30,976 nucleotides of DNA from Synechococcus sp. Its GTDB lineage: Bacteria > Cyanobacteriota > Cyanobacteriia > Thermostichales > PCC-7336. Shown in pieces: positions 20,359 through 30,976 of this stretch. Under the pieces are notes generated by a model that was not told the DNA's origin, did not search any database, and worked only from the letters and a program-made list of their open reading frames with translations. A program made the position numbers and the translations under genes. The DNA is taken from contig JBFRWD010000174.1 in the NCBI GenBank assembly GCA_051439425.1, positions 1 through 30,976 on the forward strand, given 5' to 3'. The stretch's first letter is position 1, and each line of letters opens with the position of its first letter.

Positions 20359-21116
20359 ACTGCAACGCTATCGACAACAAATATAGCAATTCTAGACAAT
20401 TAAAGAGTAATAAAGCTTATTCGAGAGACGGAATAGGAGGTATTGGAACGATGAAATCACCTAGGTACTAGGAATTAAATGTGTTATGTAGAAATACTCA
20501 AAGAGGATTTCAGTAGAAAGCACTACTATATATGGCTGTTATCTTTGTTTTATCCATTTTGGGTTCGCACTTAGGTATGGTTCAATGCAGTTTTGTACTC
20601 CTAATATGCAATATTTTGGCTATTTAGCAAGGGAATACTGGACATTCTATTGAGTTGGAAAAACAGTGAGGAATAAGACCAATAATTGTTTTGCAACTAT
20701 TTGCGATCTCAACACGATATTGAGCCTCCGATGGGGTAAGTGGCTCGTCAAAAACATTAACACGATTTGACCCTCTGACCATAGCGAACTATCAGACTGC
20801 AGTAGTTGTCAATCCAGGTTTCATTGGGACTTGCCTGCTACTCACACAACCGCGTTTGGGGGAATCTAAGGCGATTCAGCCATTGTTCGCAGACTGGCTT
20901 GCGCTTTCTGTCAACTGTGAACGACGATAGAAAGCGTTGTCGAGTCAATACTGGTATTGAGTTTTCTCTCAGAAACATTATCGGGAGCGCTAGATCGGAC
21001 TTTTATTGCAGCAGGAAAGCTTCACCTCTAGAAGAGTCATCGCATAGCCAGGGATAGGTTAACTCTCCTCGAACCCAAGCCTTACGGCTCTCAAGAAGGC
21101 CCCAAGCAGAAAGAGA

Positions 21117-22925
<1,809 letters not shown>

Positions 22926-23139
22926 AGGTGATGCTTTTACTGACAACAAGATCTAAGAGACTAACAGGTTAACCTCACAGATCGGCGAGACGATAAACTC
23001 CAGCGCAACTCAGGTGCAGCTTGACCCAAGAGACGGATAAGCAATCGTCCTCAGCCAGTTTACGACCTAATTGGTGACCGTCAGAGTTAGGTTTCTGCCA
23101 CAGCCAGCTCAAACGCCTTGGCAATCGAAATCGGGGGGA

Positions 23140-24036
23140 TTACATAGGAATAAATCCCCGACAGGCCACCACTTGGGATGACCAATTGCCTCTCATGGGG
23201 CATATCGCATTTTGACAAGTGATGCACTCTGCTTCAAAGGGCTGAGTTAAATGAACATCGGGGTACAGACTAATTCCCTGGCTTTGAAAAGCCGAAGCTT
23301 CATATGGGGATAGCTCATCGGCAATGAGAATAGCCTTTTCTACATGTTGGTGAACCCGGTTACGATTGATGCGAGCTAGTGTACGAGCGAAATTATTCAC
23401 TTGCGGCTGGATTTCTACCAAGACCCGAACAACGCTGTGGTGGAAGCAAGGAGGTTCAAACTGCTCGAAAGCATCTCGATACCGAATCGTTAACGTCCCG
23501 TTGGCGAAAAAGCTAACTTTCAGAACTCGTAGAAATGGTTGCGTGAAGCGGCCGTCGCGATCGCACATTTGCCACCAGGTCTTATGGCTAGCGGATGGCG
23601 GCATTCGCACAATATCCTCTGCCTGCTTAGTGGAATATCCTGCTTCCTCCAAAAATGCGATGGCTTCGGCAACCGTTACCCCCCCAATAGCGATCGCTGT
23701 ATCGGACTGATAGCGAGTGTTTCGACTGTAATCGCGCGCATTCCAGCCATGATCGATTGCCTCGGGGGCGCGCGCATCCTGAATGCCCCCCAAACGACAT
23801 TGAACATCTGTAAATTCCACCAAGCCATCAACCGTTTGTTGCTGGGGGGCCGAGAGGCAAATAGCCGATGTAATAGCCCCAATCCTGTGGGTCGGCGCAA
23901 TGGCAGGCTGACAGTTGACCAGCATCGACCTCAGCAGCGTGTCGTCCGCGATCGCCAACGCAATTTGAATGCGATCGCGCAGGCGCAAAGACGGGCGATC
24001 TGATATTGCGTGTGGGAATGAAGGTGAATCAAACAT
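23140..24036 (-). CDS. Hypothetical protein with a C-terminal four-cysteine cluster
   Basis: 298-aa ORF containing HIP1 sites; C-terminal CxxCxxxxCP...C motif. Confidence 0.75.
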   Translation of the reverse strand: MFDSPSFPHAISDRPSLRLRDRIQIALAIADDTLLRSMLVNCQPAIAPTHRIGAITSAICLSAPQQQTVDGLVEFTDVQCRLGGIQDARAPEAIDHGWNARDYSRNTRYQSDTAIAIGGVTVAEAIAFLEEAGYSTKQAEDIVRMPPSASHKTWWQMCDRDGRFTQPFLRVLKVSFFANGTLTIRYRDAFEQFEPPCFHHSVVRVLVEIQPQVNNFARTLARINRNRVHQHVEKAILIADELSPYEASAFQSQGISLYPDVHLTQPFEAECITCQNAICPMRGNWSSQVVACRGFIPM

Positions 24037-25034
24037 GATGCCGTGTCACTGGAGAAGGACAACCCAATTCAACGCAATGCTTGATTGGGCACATTGACTT
24101 ATTTGATTTTTTTTCGAGGGGACACCACTTCCAATCACAATGTTTCAACAAAACACTTAAGAATCTTGACTTAAAAACGCTGCCAGGGTGGTTTTTACCC
24201 ATGTTAGGTTATTTTCAGCAACTGTATTCAACATCTAGATTCTCTTCCAGTTCTAAATACTAAATATTCAGTATTGATACGTCAGCTTCGTCTCCTGCGT
24301 ACTACCCATATTTTGAGACAAGACATCAACTGCCCAACATCCAAAACGCTTACAGGTCAAAGCATTTTTGAGGAACGACCTACTTATACGTCATTATATT
24401 TCAACATTGATGCCCAGTCTGTGGATTGAATCTTAATTATTCAGGTCCATCTCGTTCCGTATTAGGCCCAGATGCGTTTGCTTGTCGAAATATTGATTTT
24501 TCTTTAGGAATTGATAGACCCAAGAGATCGCTAACAATAGACTCAATCACTCCAGAAACGCACGTCCTCGATAATCGGTAGTTGCCGAGAAAGACGGAAG
24601 TTGAAATATGAAATCATCCTAAAATTAGTGCCTTATCAGTCACAATGAGTACCCAGGTTGACCGAGATATCTTTAATGGCTCAGGAGTCGTTGAAATGCA
24701 CGGCACATATCGACGAAGATGAGTGTTGGGGCGCAGGCTTGGCTCTATCTTCCGTGCGAGCCGTAATAGATGACATTGGCAACTAGGTGCTTTATAATTT
24801 TTAACAAATGACCGTCAGTGATCCTGTTCTTCTGTCTGTCGAGTTCGGATGGATGTTCTGGCGCGTCAGTTGAGTTGAATCCTGTATCTAGCCGTTTCAA
24901 GACTGCGGCCAGTCTGACCACTCCAGTTTCAAGGGTTCAGAAACCTTGCGCTGAGTTGCCGCCGCAATTCGCATTCGCATCGCAATTTGCACTCGCACAC
25001 GTTCGAGTACTCATTACTATTGGAGTTAAGACTT

Positions 25035-25178
25035 ATGTCGAAAGAGGAGCTGAACCAGAAGCTTGTTGAGTTGGCCAGTCAATATGACGAGCCTTGGGAA
25101 CCTGTGATGATTCTGGCGGAGATTGCTTACAATCAACCGTCTGAAAGGATTGTTATGGACACAAACGCAGCAGCTTAA
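25035..25178 (+). CDS. Small acidic hypothetical protein (47 aa)
   Basis: GGAG RBS ending 9 nt before the ATG; sequence MSKEELNQKLVELASQYDEPWEPVMILAEIAYNQPSERIVMDTNAAA has a helical pattern. Confidence 0.6.
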   Translation: MSKEELNQKLVELASQYDEPWEPVMILAEIAYNQPSERIVMDTNAAA

Positions 25179-25555
25179 GAAGAATCGCGCGCAAGGGGGT
25201 GGTTAGTCCGGAGCCGAACTGCGTAAGCAATAGGCTGACTGCTTCTCCCCTACGCTCATTTCTTTGGGCCCGAGCCCAGGCAAGTGAGATCCGCTAGAGC
25301 ACAATGTCCACGAAAGAGCAGTCTAATTTGTTGGCAGGGGATGGGAAAGTTGCGCCCCGTGCTTGCAGCTCTCTGAAGTACCTAATACAGTTCGATGGTT
25401 ACAATATCCAAAATCTGGTCATTGATGTAGTAGGGCAATGCCACCAGTCTGTCAACCGCCAATCATTTCAAATGGATTGTCTCTATCGTCGCATGAAGAG
25501 ATAGGGACGTGAGGAAGTGGTACTTCAAACTTGTGAGGGTTGAAGTACAAAGAAC

Positions 25556-26172
25556 CTGAGTACAGGACAAAAGCTTGAAAAGGAATAGAGGTGGGGGTTT
25601 CGTAGGATAACCACAACCAAATGAATCCCCCATAGGTGAGATTAACCTGCTCAAAAAGCGTCTGCGAGCCCACTTCCCGTTGCATGGCGATCGTTTGAGC
25701 GCTATTGCCATGTTCCTGATGGCCTTGATTCGAGTCAGAACTGTGGACTTTAGGCAACTGGCCATCGCATTCAGTGGCAATGCGTTAGAACGCTTCTTCA
25801 AGGGATTCGAAGTGGATGAAGCAGCCGTGGCCAAAGCACTGGTAGCCATCCTCGAGGTCCCCCAACCCCTGGATACTTTCGGTGGATCGAACGGAATGGC
25901 AATTTGGCACCAATGTATTCAACATTTTGGTGCTGGGAGTGGTTCAACGAGGCGTTGCCATCCCCTTGGTGTGGAGCATGCTGGATAAGCGTGACAATTC
26001 CAATACTCTGGAGCGGATGAACCTATTCGCCCACTTCCTCGAACAGGTCAGGGATGTCCAAGTTGCTCATCTGTGCGGTGATAGGGAGTTTATTGGGCCG
26101 TTGTGGTTCAGCTATCTCAAAGCGGCTCCTAACATCCGTTTCGCATGCGCATCAAACAATCAATCGCCTTAA
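25556..26172 (+). pseudogene. IS4-family transposase remnant with left terminal inverted repeat (frameshifted, truncated)
   Basis: HGDRL...FLMALIRVRTV in one frame and DRTEWQFG...NILVLG...PLVWSMLDKRDNSN...GDREFIG in another. CTGAGTACAGGACAAAAG at 25556-25573 resembles the terminus of cyanobacterial IS4 elements whose transposases end in FLSCT. Confidence 0.85.
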
Positions 26173-26646
26173 TAAATAATTCAGTTCAGCCATTTTCTTA
26201 ATGAGAACCAGGAAAGTTGCAAGTTTTTCATAGATAGCAGCATCCCTCTGTACCCCCATTGTGACTTCCAACCTATCCTGTTGGGCCCATGCGAATAGTC
26301 CTCAAGTGCAGATTCAGCAATCCTCTAACACTGATTCATCGCACTTTTGCTTTTTAAAGATACGGCAATCTCTGCACTCGCTCCGCCGCACATAATCCGA
26401 ACGGGCTTAGGCTTTCGGCAATATTTTGGCCAGCTCCTCTTATGCCTCCTAAGCCGCTTGGCTTAACCCTAAACAGACCCAGACGTTGCTCGCACAGACT
26501 TAGGTTATTTTTTGGTACTGAATCTAAGGTCATCAGAGGCAATCCCCTCCCAGAACTCGCGCTTTCGGGGCAATGCGCTGAAAGCAACATGCAAGCAGCC
26601 ACGAATCGAAATTTGTCAAGCATTATTTACAATTTGTATTTTTATG

Positions 26647-26664
26647 TTTACAATACGTAACAAG
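26647..26664 (+). promoter_or_regulatory. HLR1-like (RpaB-binding) direct repeat upstream of pgr5
   Basis: TTTACAAT-AC-GTAACAAG compared with consensus (G/T)TTACA(T/A)(T/A)-N2-(G/T)TTACA(T/A)(T/A). Confidence 0.6.
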
Positions 26665-26773
26665 AGGGCAAGTAAGCTCGAGGCCTTAAGTTCCGATGTC
26701 AAGTACTTCTTGCTCACGGCTTCTTCGTTGCTGACCTCTCAACGCCTTCATAGTGATTGTCAGGAGAGTCAAA

Positions 26774-26971
26774 ATGTTTACTCCTATCGTTCTCATCACT
26801 CGCAAGTTTATGGGGGAGAAAAAATTCCTCAAATTACGCGGCCAAGCGATCGCGCTGCATTCTCGCACCATCACGAACATTTGCAATCGATTGGGGATTG
26901 ACCGCACCCAGCGCCAAAACTGGATTCGCCTAGCTCGCGACAACGGCAAGCGCCTGGGTCTCTTGGCTTAG
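26774..26971 (+). CDS. pgr5: PGR5 homolog (proton gradient regulation 5, cyclic electron flow)
   Basis: F-x-P-x-V...LRGQAIALHS...QRQ-x2-IRLA-x2-NG-x-RLG-x-LA matches PGR5/Ssr2016; AGGAGAG RBS. Confidence 0.93.
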   Translation: MFTPIVLITRKFMGEKKFLKLRGQAIALHSRTITNICNRLGIDRTQRQNWIRLARDNGKRLGLLA

Positions 26972-27043
26972 CGGATGTTGCTGTACTTCCAATAGTGCGG
27001 GCGGTCATTTTCGCTGCAGTAGCGAACGCAAGCAGTTTATGAT

Positions 27044-27238
27044 TTGGAATCTTCAATCGTGCTCAATGGACTGAGATGGAAAAAGTTGCTGATCAATCTC
27101 TCAATCTGGTTGACAGCGGAAATTGTGTTGACAGTTTTAGGATTAGATAATCTCGCGGATTATGGTGAATTCATCATCCAGTCTGATGTATCTGCTTCTC
27201 TGAACGATGCAGTAGCGGCGTTGACGACGGTGGTTTGA
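27044..27238 (+). CDS. Small hypothetical protein with one hydrophobic helix
   Basis: WKKLL...WLTAEIVL...GLDNLADYGEFI resembles a small-protein motif I recall from cyanobacteria. Start codon uncertain. Confidence 0.65.
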   Translation: MESSIVLNGLRWKKLLINLSIWLTAEIVLTVLGLDNLADYGEFIIQSDVSASLNDAVAALTTVV

Positions 27239-27281
27239 CCGGGCGGGACTGTTTGTCGGGGCTCTGTAGTTACCGAGACTG

Positions 27282-27324
27282 AAAGGGGTAAGACAGCTCT
27301 AATCTGGGCAGCCTTACCCCTTTT
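27282..27324. terminator. Bidirectional intrinsic terminator
   Basis: Stem AAAGGGGTAAG / CTTACCCCTTT(T) between convergent genes. Confidence 0.7.
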
Positions 27325-27355
27325 GTATGCAACAGTTCAATACGCAAAATTAATG

Positions 27356-27754
27356 CTACTTTAGGTCAGCCAAACGATTATCAATATCTTCAAACGTTTT
27401 CATCAAAAGACGCTTAGCCTGCATTTGCCAGCCCCATTTCTGAATGCTGAAGGCACCAACAATACCAGCAACCGCCGCCAACCAACCGTAAGGAATCCCC
27501 TGAAATCCTTCCAAAAGGCCTAGGCCCGCTACGCCCCAAAGTGGTAAGGCAAAATTCTGGCGCTGTTCTTCGATCGCCCGAACAATCCCACCCTTCGGCA
27601 ACATTTCGGCCAGCTTCTCTCGCGCTTCCTGCTGCTCGAACCGCGATACTGACAGCCCAATCTTGCGACGCATCTTCTCAATCTTTCGAGCTTCAGTGCT
27701 GTATTCAGTTAATTCGTCTTCCGCCATCATGATTAGGCGTTCGAGTAATTCCAT
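27356..27754 (-). CDS. Hypothetical membrane protein (N-terminal coiled coil, two C-terminal TM segments)
   Basis: MELLERLIMMAEDELTEYSTEARKIEK..., followed by a hydrophobic hairpin. Start placed at ATG 27754. Confidence 0.8.
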   Translation of the reverse strand: MELLERLIMMAEDELTEYSTEARKIEKMRRKIGLSVSRFEQQEAREKLAEMLPKGGIVRAIEEQRQNFALPLWGVAGLGLLEGFQGIPYGWLAAVAGIVGAFSIQKWGWQMQAKRLLMKTFEDIDNRLADLK

Positions 27755-27881
27755 CGCGATTGCTTGGGAAACAGATTGGACACCCAACAATCCTAAATCG
27801 AGTCCGGCCTTTTGACAGATCCGGCTTTTTTACAGACCTGACTTTTAGACAGAGCTTCAGCATATGAAGAGGGACCGACGA

Positions 27882-28325
27882 TTACCCTCCCTCCAACGTC
27901 TCCACCTGCTCTCCCTCATCAAACCGATCTTCCAACACAGAGATTTGCTGGTGTAACCGCTGAATCTCCGACTGCATCTTCTGCTTTTGCCGCTCTAATT
28001 CAAGCTGGAGCCGCGAAATTTCCTCCACCCCCGCCAAGTTAACCCCCAAATCCTGAGTCAACTTTTGGATATACATAATCCGGTCGATGTCGTTTTGGGA
28101 ATACAACCGGTTTTTGCCATCCCGCTGCGGTTGTACTAGACCTCGCCGTTCGTATTGCCGCAGCGTCTGCGGATGCATATTGACCAAATCTGCCGCTACC
28201 GAAATCGCGTAGACAGGCTTATCACCAGAACCGACCTGGAATGAATCATGATTGGATGTGAATGCGTCAGAACTTGGCTTGAAAGAATCGGACTCGGCAG
28301 GGTTCGAAGGTGGGAGATCGCTCAT
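27882..28325 (-). CDS. MerR-family transcriptional regulator, HspR-like
   Basis: [32 protein letters not shown]...RLYS...[12 protein letters not shown] is the HspR-type signature. Confidence 0.88.
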   Translation of the reverse strand: MSDLPPSNPAESDSFKPSSDAFTSNHDSFQVGSGDKPVYAISVAADLVNMHPQTLRQYERRGLVQPQRDGKNRLYSQNDIDRIMYIQKLTQDLGVNLAGVEEISRLQLELERQKQKMQSEIQRLHQQISVLEDRFDEGEQVETLEGG

Positions 28326-28344
28326 CTGCGCAGGTAAGACTCAA
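28326..28344. promoter_or_regulatory. Degenerate HAIR-like operator immediately upstream of the hspR-like gene
   Basis: CTGCGC-N7-ACTCAA compared with the HAIR core TTGAGT-N7-ACTCAA: one perfect half-site, correct spacing, 3/6 match in the other half. Confidence 0.45.
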
Positions 28345-28422
28345 CTCACTTTATACTAACAGGCTCAGGTTCGAATCCCAAAGACTCGATTCTGTCCCGA
28401 TATTCTTGTGAGAAGTGGCTCC

Positions 28423-29034
28423 TCAATCCACTGCACGTTGCCACAACAATCCCTGTCGCTGATATTCCAACTCGCTCTCTACCTCAGCCAGCATCTCCTT
28501 GCCAAAAAATCGCTCCACTAGCCACAGGGCCATATCGATGCCCGATGTCACCCCCCCTGCTGAGATGATATCGCCGTCATCCACCACTCGTGCGTCCTTC
28601 ACATCCGCCCCGATTGCCTGCAAATCCGCGATCGCCACCCCGTGCGTGATAGCTGGGCGCCCTTTCACCAACCCAGCATGAGCCACCAGCATCGCCCCCG
28701 TACAGACCGAGGCCACCAGCGTTCCCTGCTCGTGCAGCACAGCAATGGCCTCCGGAATCTCTCCCTTTTGAACTTCGGCCCACGCCCCTTGCTCAGCCTT
28801 ATTCCCCCAGCCCCCTCCAGGAACCACTAGTAGATCGAGTGGCTTAGCCATATCCAGAACCCCCTGAGATTTCACACACGTCCCGTGGGATGCCGTCACC
28901 TCTGGTGAGGTCCCTAACGTCACCAACCGGATATCAATATCCGCCCCAAAATCCTTGGCATTTTGCAGCACTTCGTACGGGCCCAGGGCATCGAGTTCAT
29001 CAAATCCGTCGAAAATTACAATATCCACGTTCAT
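28423..29034 (-). CDS. DJ-1/PfpI family protein
   Basis: FDGFDELD-x2-GPYEV, LVVPGG, nucleophile elbow SVCTGA and SAGGVTSGID. Confidence 0.92.
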   Translation of the reverse strand: MNVDIVIFDGFDELDALGPYEVLQNAKDFGADIDIRLVTLGTSPEVTASHGTCVKSQGVLDMAKPLDLLVVPGGGWGNKAEQGAWAEVQKGEIPEAIAVLHEQGTLVASVCTGAMLVAHAGLVKGRPAITHGVAIADLQAIGADVKDARVVDDGDIISAGGVTSGIDMALWLVERFFGKEMLAEVESELEYQRQGLLWQRAVD

Positions 29035-29113
29035 ATAACGTCTACCATTTCGATTAGGACAAGATTTTCAATTGCAATCAGGGTTGAACGTAGCTGAAAT
29101 GTCCGCAGGGGTA

Positions 29114-29196
29114 TGACCACTGACCATCTCACCACTGACAGAGCTCACCACTGACAGATCGCTCAACTGGCAAACCTGCCCAACTGGCAAACTCGC
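29114..29196. repeat. Five degenerate direct repeats with 15-17 bp period
   Basis: ACCACTGAC at 29116, 29131 and 29147; TCAACTGGC at 29163; CCAACTGGC at 29180. Confidence 0.7.
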
Positions 29197-29364
29197 CCTC
29201 CAAGACGATAGCCACGACCAGTTCATCAGTCAGCAATCCCCTAAATCTCTATAGCTTGTGCCCTAGCAAACCACAGTTAAAGCAACGTCAAAACCAATCA
29301 GCTCGGCATACTGCAACTCTCAGAGGGCAAGGATATATGCTCAGTAAAACTCCAGAGCAGACTA

Positions 29365-29464
29365 GAGCAATCCGCTGTAGGGTCTGGAGTGTGGAGATAT
29401 CTGAAAGCCTTGATACACAAAGAAAGTAGTTCGGAAAATCTCTAGGGCAGATTGCCAAATACTA
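29365..29464 (-). mobile_element. MITE-like ~100-bp dispersed repeat, copy 4 (diverged)
   Basis: GAGCAATCCGCTGTAGGGTCTGGAG...GCAGATTGCCAAATACTA; the reverse complement aligns with 3181-3280 and 3080-3180. Confidence 0.72.
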
Positions 29465-29683
29465 TGGCACTACACACTTGAGTAGTTTCTTCTCTCTCTT
29501 TGATCAGAGTCTTTCAGGAAGCAGAAGCTCATGAATGATTGTTGACGTTCAGCACCTGCTCTTGACAGAGCCACATGGTAGACAGAGACGGCTAGCCCCC
29601 ACAGCAGAGTGGGGTTAAGCTTCGGGTCAGGCGTCCAGTTACGGCTTTTCCAATTCTGTCACCGATTGTTGTTGGGTTTTGAT

Positions 29684-30463
29684 ATGCAAAGTGCCACCGG
29701 TTTTAAACTGCATCCGAGTCTCAAAACACTGGCTATTTCTACAGTAATAGCCCTGCTAACCGCTCTTCATCCCAGCACTAGCTCCGGACAATCCGAACTG
29801 TCGCCTGACGACTTGGATTCCCTGTCTCCAAATATCGTAGAGCGTGTCAGCACGTTAGAAGACGTCGCCACATCATTTATCGATGGGCTGCAAGCAGAAG
29901 ATTTCGAAGAAGTTCGGGAACTCCTAGCCGATTCCATCCGCGATGACTGGTCAACCGATGACATCGCTACTAGCTGGCAGGCAACACTGGATGTCGCTGG
30001 CAATTTGATCGAACGCGGAGAGGCCCGTTACGAATGGGGGGTCAACTCCGATTTTGTCGCAATCGAGTTAGCATTCGAGAACGCACAAGGGGATTTACTT
30101 CTGATCTTCGACTCCGAACAAAAGATTGTCGGCCTAGATTTCCCCCCTCTACGCACAGAGTCCCCACAAGACATTGCCGAGGCTCTCGTAGATTCATTGG
30201 CTGCAAACGATTATGTTGCCGCTCGACAAGACTTACATCCCGTTCTAAAAGGGGAACTATCCCCGGAAAACATCGAACAAAAGTGGATGGGATTGCAATC
30301 GATCGCGGGGCAATATCAGGAACGAGTCGGAACACAGGTACGCGATACAGGTGATTTTCAAATTGTGATTGTTACGATTCAGTTTGAAAATCTAACGGAC
30401 GATCTATTGGTATTTGTGAATAACAGTGGCCAGATCTCGGGCGTTGATTTTCCTCGCGACTAG
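29684..30463 (+). CDS. Exported protein with two tandem DUF3887-like domains
   Basis: Signal peptide; internal duplication with repeats ending KIVGLDFP and QISGVDFP. Start placed at ATG 29684. Confidence 0.8.
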   Translation: MQSATGFKLHPSLKTLAISTVIALLTALHPSTSSGQSELSPDDLDSLSPNIVERVSTLEDVATSFIDGLQAEDFEEVRELLADSIRDDWSTDDIATSWQATLDVAGNLIERGEARYEWGVNSDFVAIELAFENAQGDLLLIFDSEQKIVGLDFPPLRTESPQDIAEALVDSLAANDYVAARQDLHPVLKGELSPENIEQKWMGLQSIAGQYQERVGTQVRDTGDFQIVIVTIQFENLTDDLLVFVNNSGQISGVDFPRD

Positions 30464-30619
30464 CCACACCAATCGACAATGTTGTGGTTAAAGATCGGAT
30501 CGATCGGGCAGCGAACGTCATTGCCCGCTCCTCAATCCATTCATGTCCTTGATAATCTATGCACGACAAGCCGTCACAAATGGAGGCAATGACACAGGCG
30601 GTAGTCCCATTCGGAGGGC

Positions 30620-30976
30620 TATTGCAGTCGCCCGCAATGTTAGGACAGTGTTCTGAAGACGGAGTCGAGAGCGCTCCAAAGAGAGTCAAAGCGATGGAGA
30701 GTTTGGCGTAAGCGGTGTTTCAGACGAGCCCAAAACTTTTCAATCTTGTTCAGGTCGGGGGAGTAAGTGGGCAAAAACATCAACTGGCATCCCGCTTGCT
30801 CAATCAGCTCTCTTGTCCGGCGAGATTTGTGGAAACTGGCATTGTCCATCACCACCACTTGGCCAGAGTTCAAGGATGGAACCAACATCTGCTCCACCCA
30901 AGTCTCGAACACAACCGTGTCGCAGTATCCCTCAAAGGTCATAGGGGCCAGCACTGACCCTTGAGACCAGCCGGCA
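30620..30976 (-). mobile_element. IS630-family element: 3' part of the transposase (stop at 30640) and right end; continues beyond the window
   Basis: VVMDNASFHK and LPTYSPDLNKIEKFW DDE motifs; terminus TA-TTGCAGTCGCC at 30620. Confidence 0.9.

Noticed and set aside
24676..24786. 36-aa ORF MAQESLKC...
   Set aside because: No RBS or recognisable motif; length expected by chance.
25140..25260. tmRNA, suggested by an ORF ending AAA-stop followed by structure
   Set aside because: No tRNA-like domain or AND/ANN resume motif; the ORF has its own RBS and ATG.
26636..26651. NtcA site upstream of pgr5
   Set aside because: GTA and TAC are separated by 10 nt rather than 8; HLR1 fits better.
28368..28379. 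GGTTCGAATCCC, a tRNA T-arm-like motif
   Set aside because: No D-arm, anticodon arm or acceptor stem can be built around it.
30620..30650. The in-window IS630 as the direct mobiliser of the MITE
   Set aside because: Its end (TTGC-AGTCG-CC-N9-AGGAC) shares the general layout but not the inner TGGAG motif, so a different IS630 member is more likely.

Overview
Cyanobacterial chromosomal window, judged from frequent HIP1 octamers (GCGATCGC), a pgr5 gene and cyanobacterial-type gyrA/rnj/proS. It is mostly housekeeping: partial tRNA-Arg(CCG), gyrA, a beta-hydroxyacid dehydrogenase, dapA-rnj, a pseudouridine synthase, glmU, an atypical transketolase, proS, pgr5, an HspR-like MerR regulator and a DJ-1/PfpI protein. 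Accessory material is interspersed: a MazEF-type toxin-antitoxin pair, an AT-rich islet with two related small membrane proteins, a GT4 glycosyltransferase, an IS4 pseudogene and the end of an IS630 element. The most notable observations are: (1) a three-gene envelope module with no transporter genes (SBP-vWA lipoprotein, membrane-anchored coiled-coil protein, second paralogous SBP); (2) a 100-101 bp MITE-like repeat in four copies with IS630-style ends and a central dyad; (3) a 47-aa ORF followed by a structured GNRA-capped hairpin; (4) a HAIR-like operator directly before the hspR-like gene. All calls come from reading the sequence by eye; no database searches were run.
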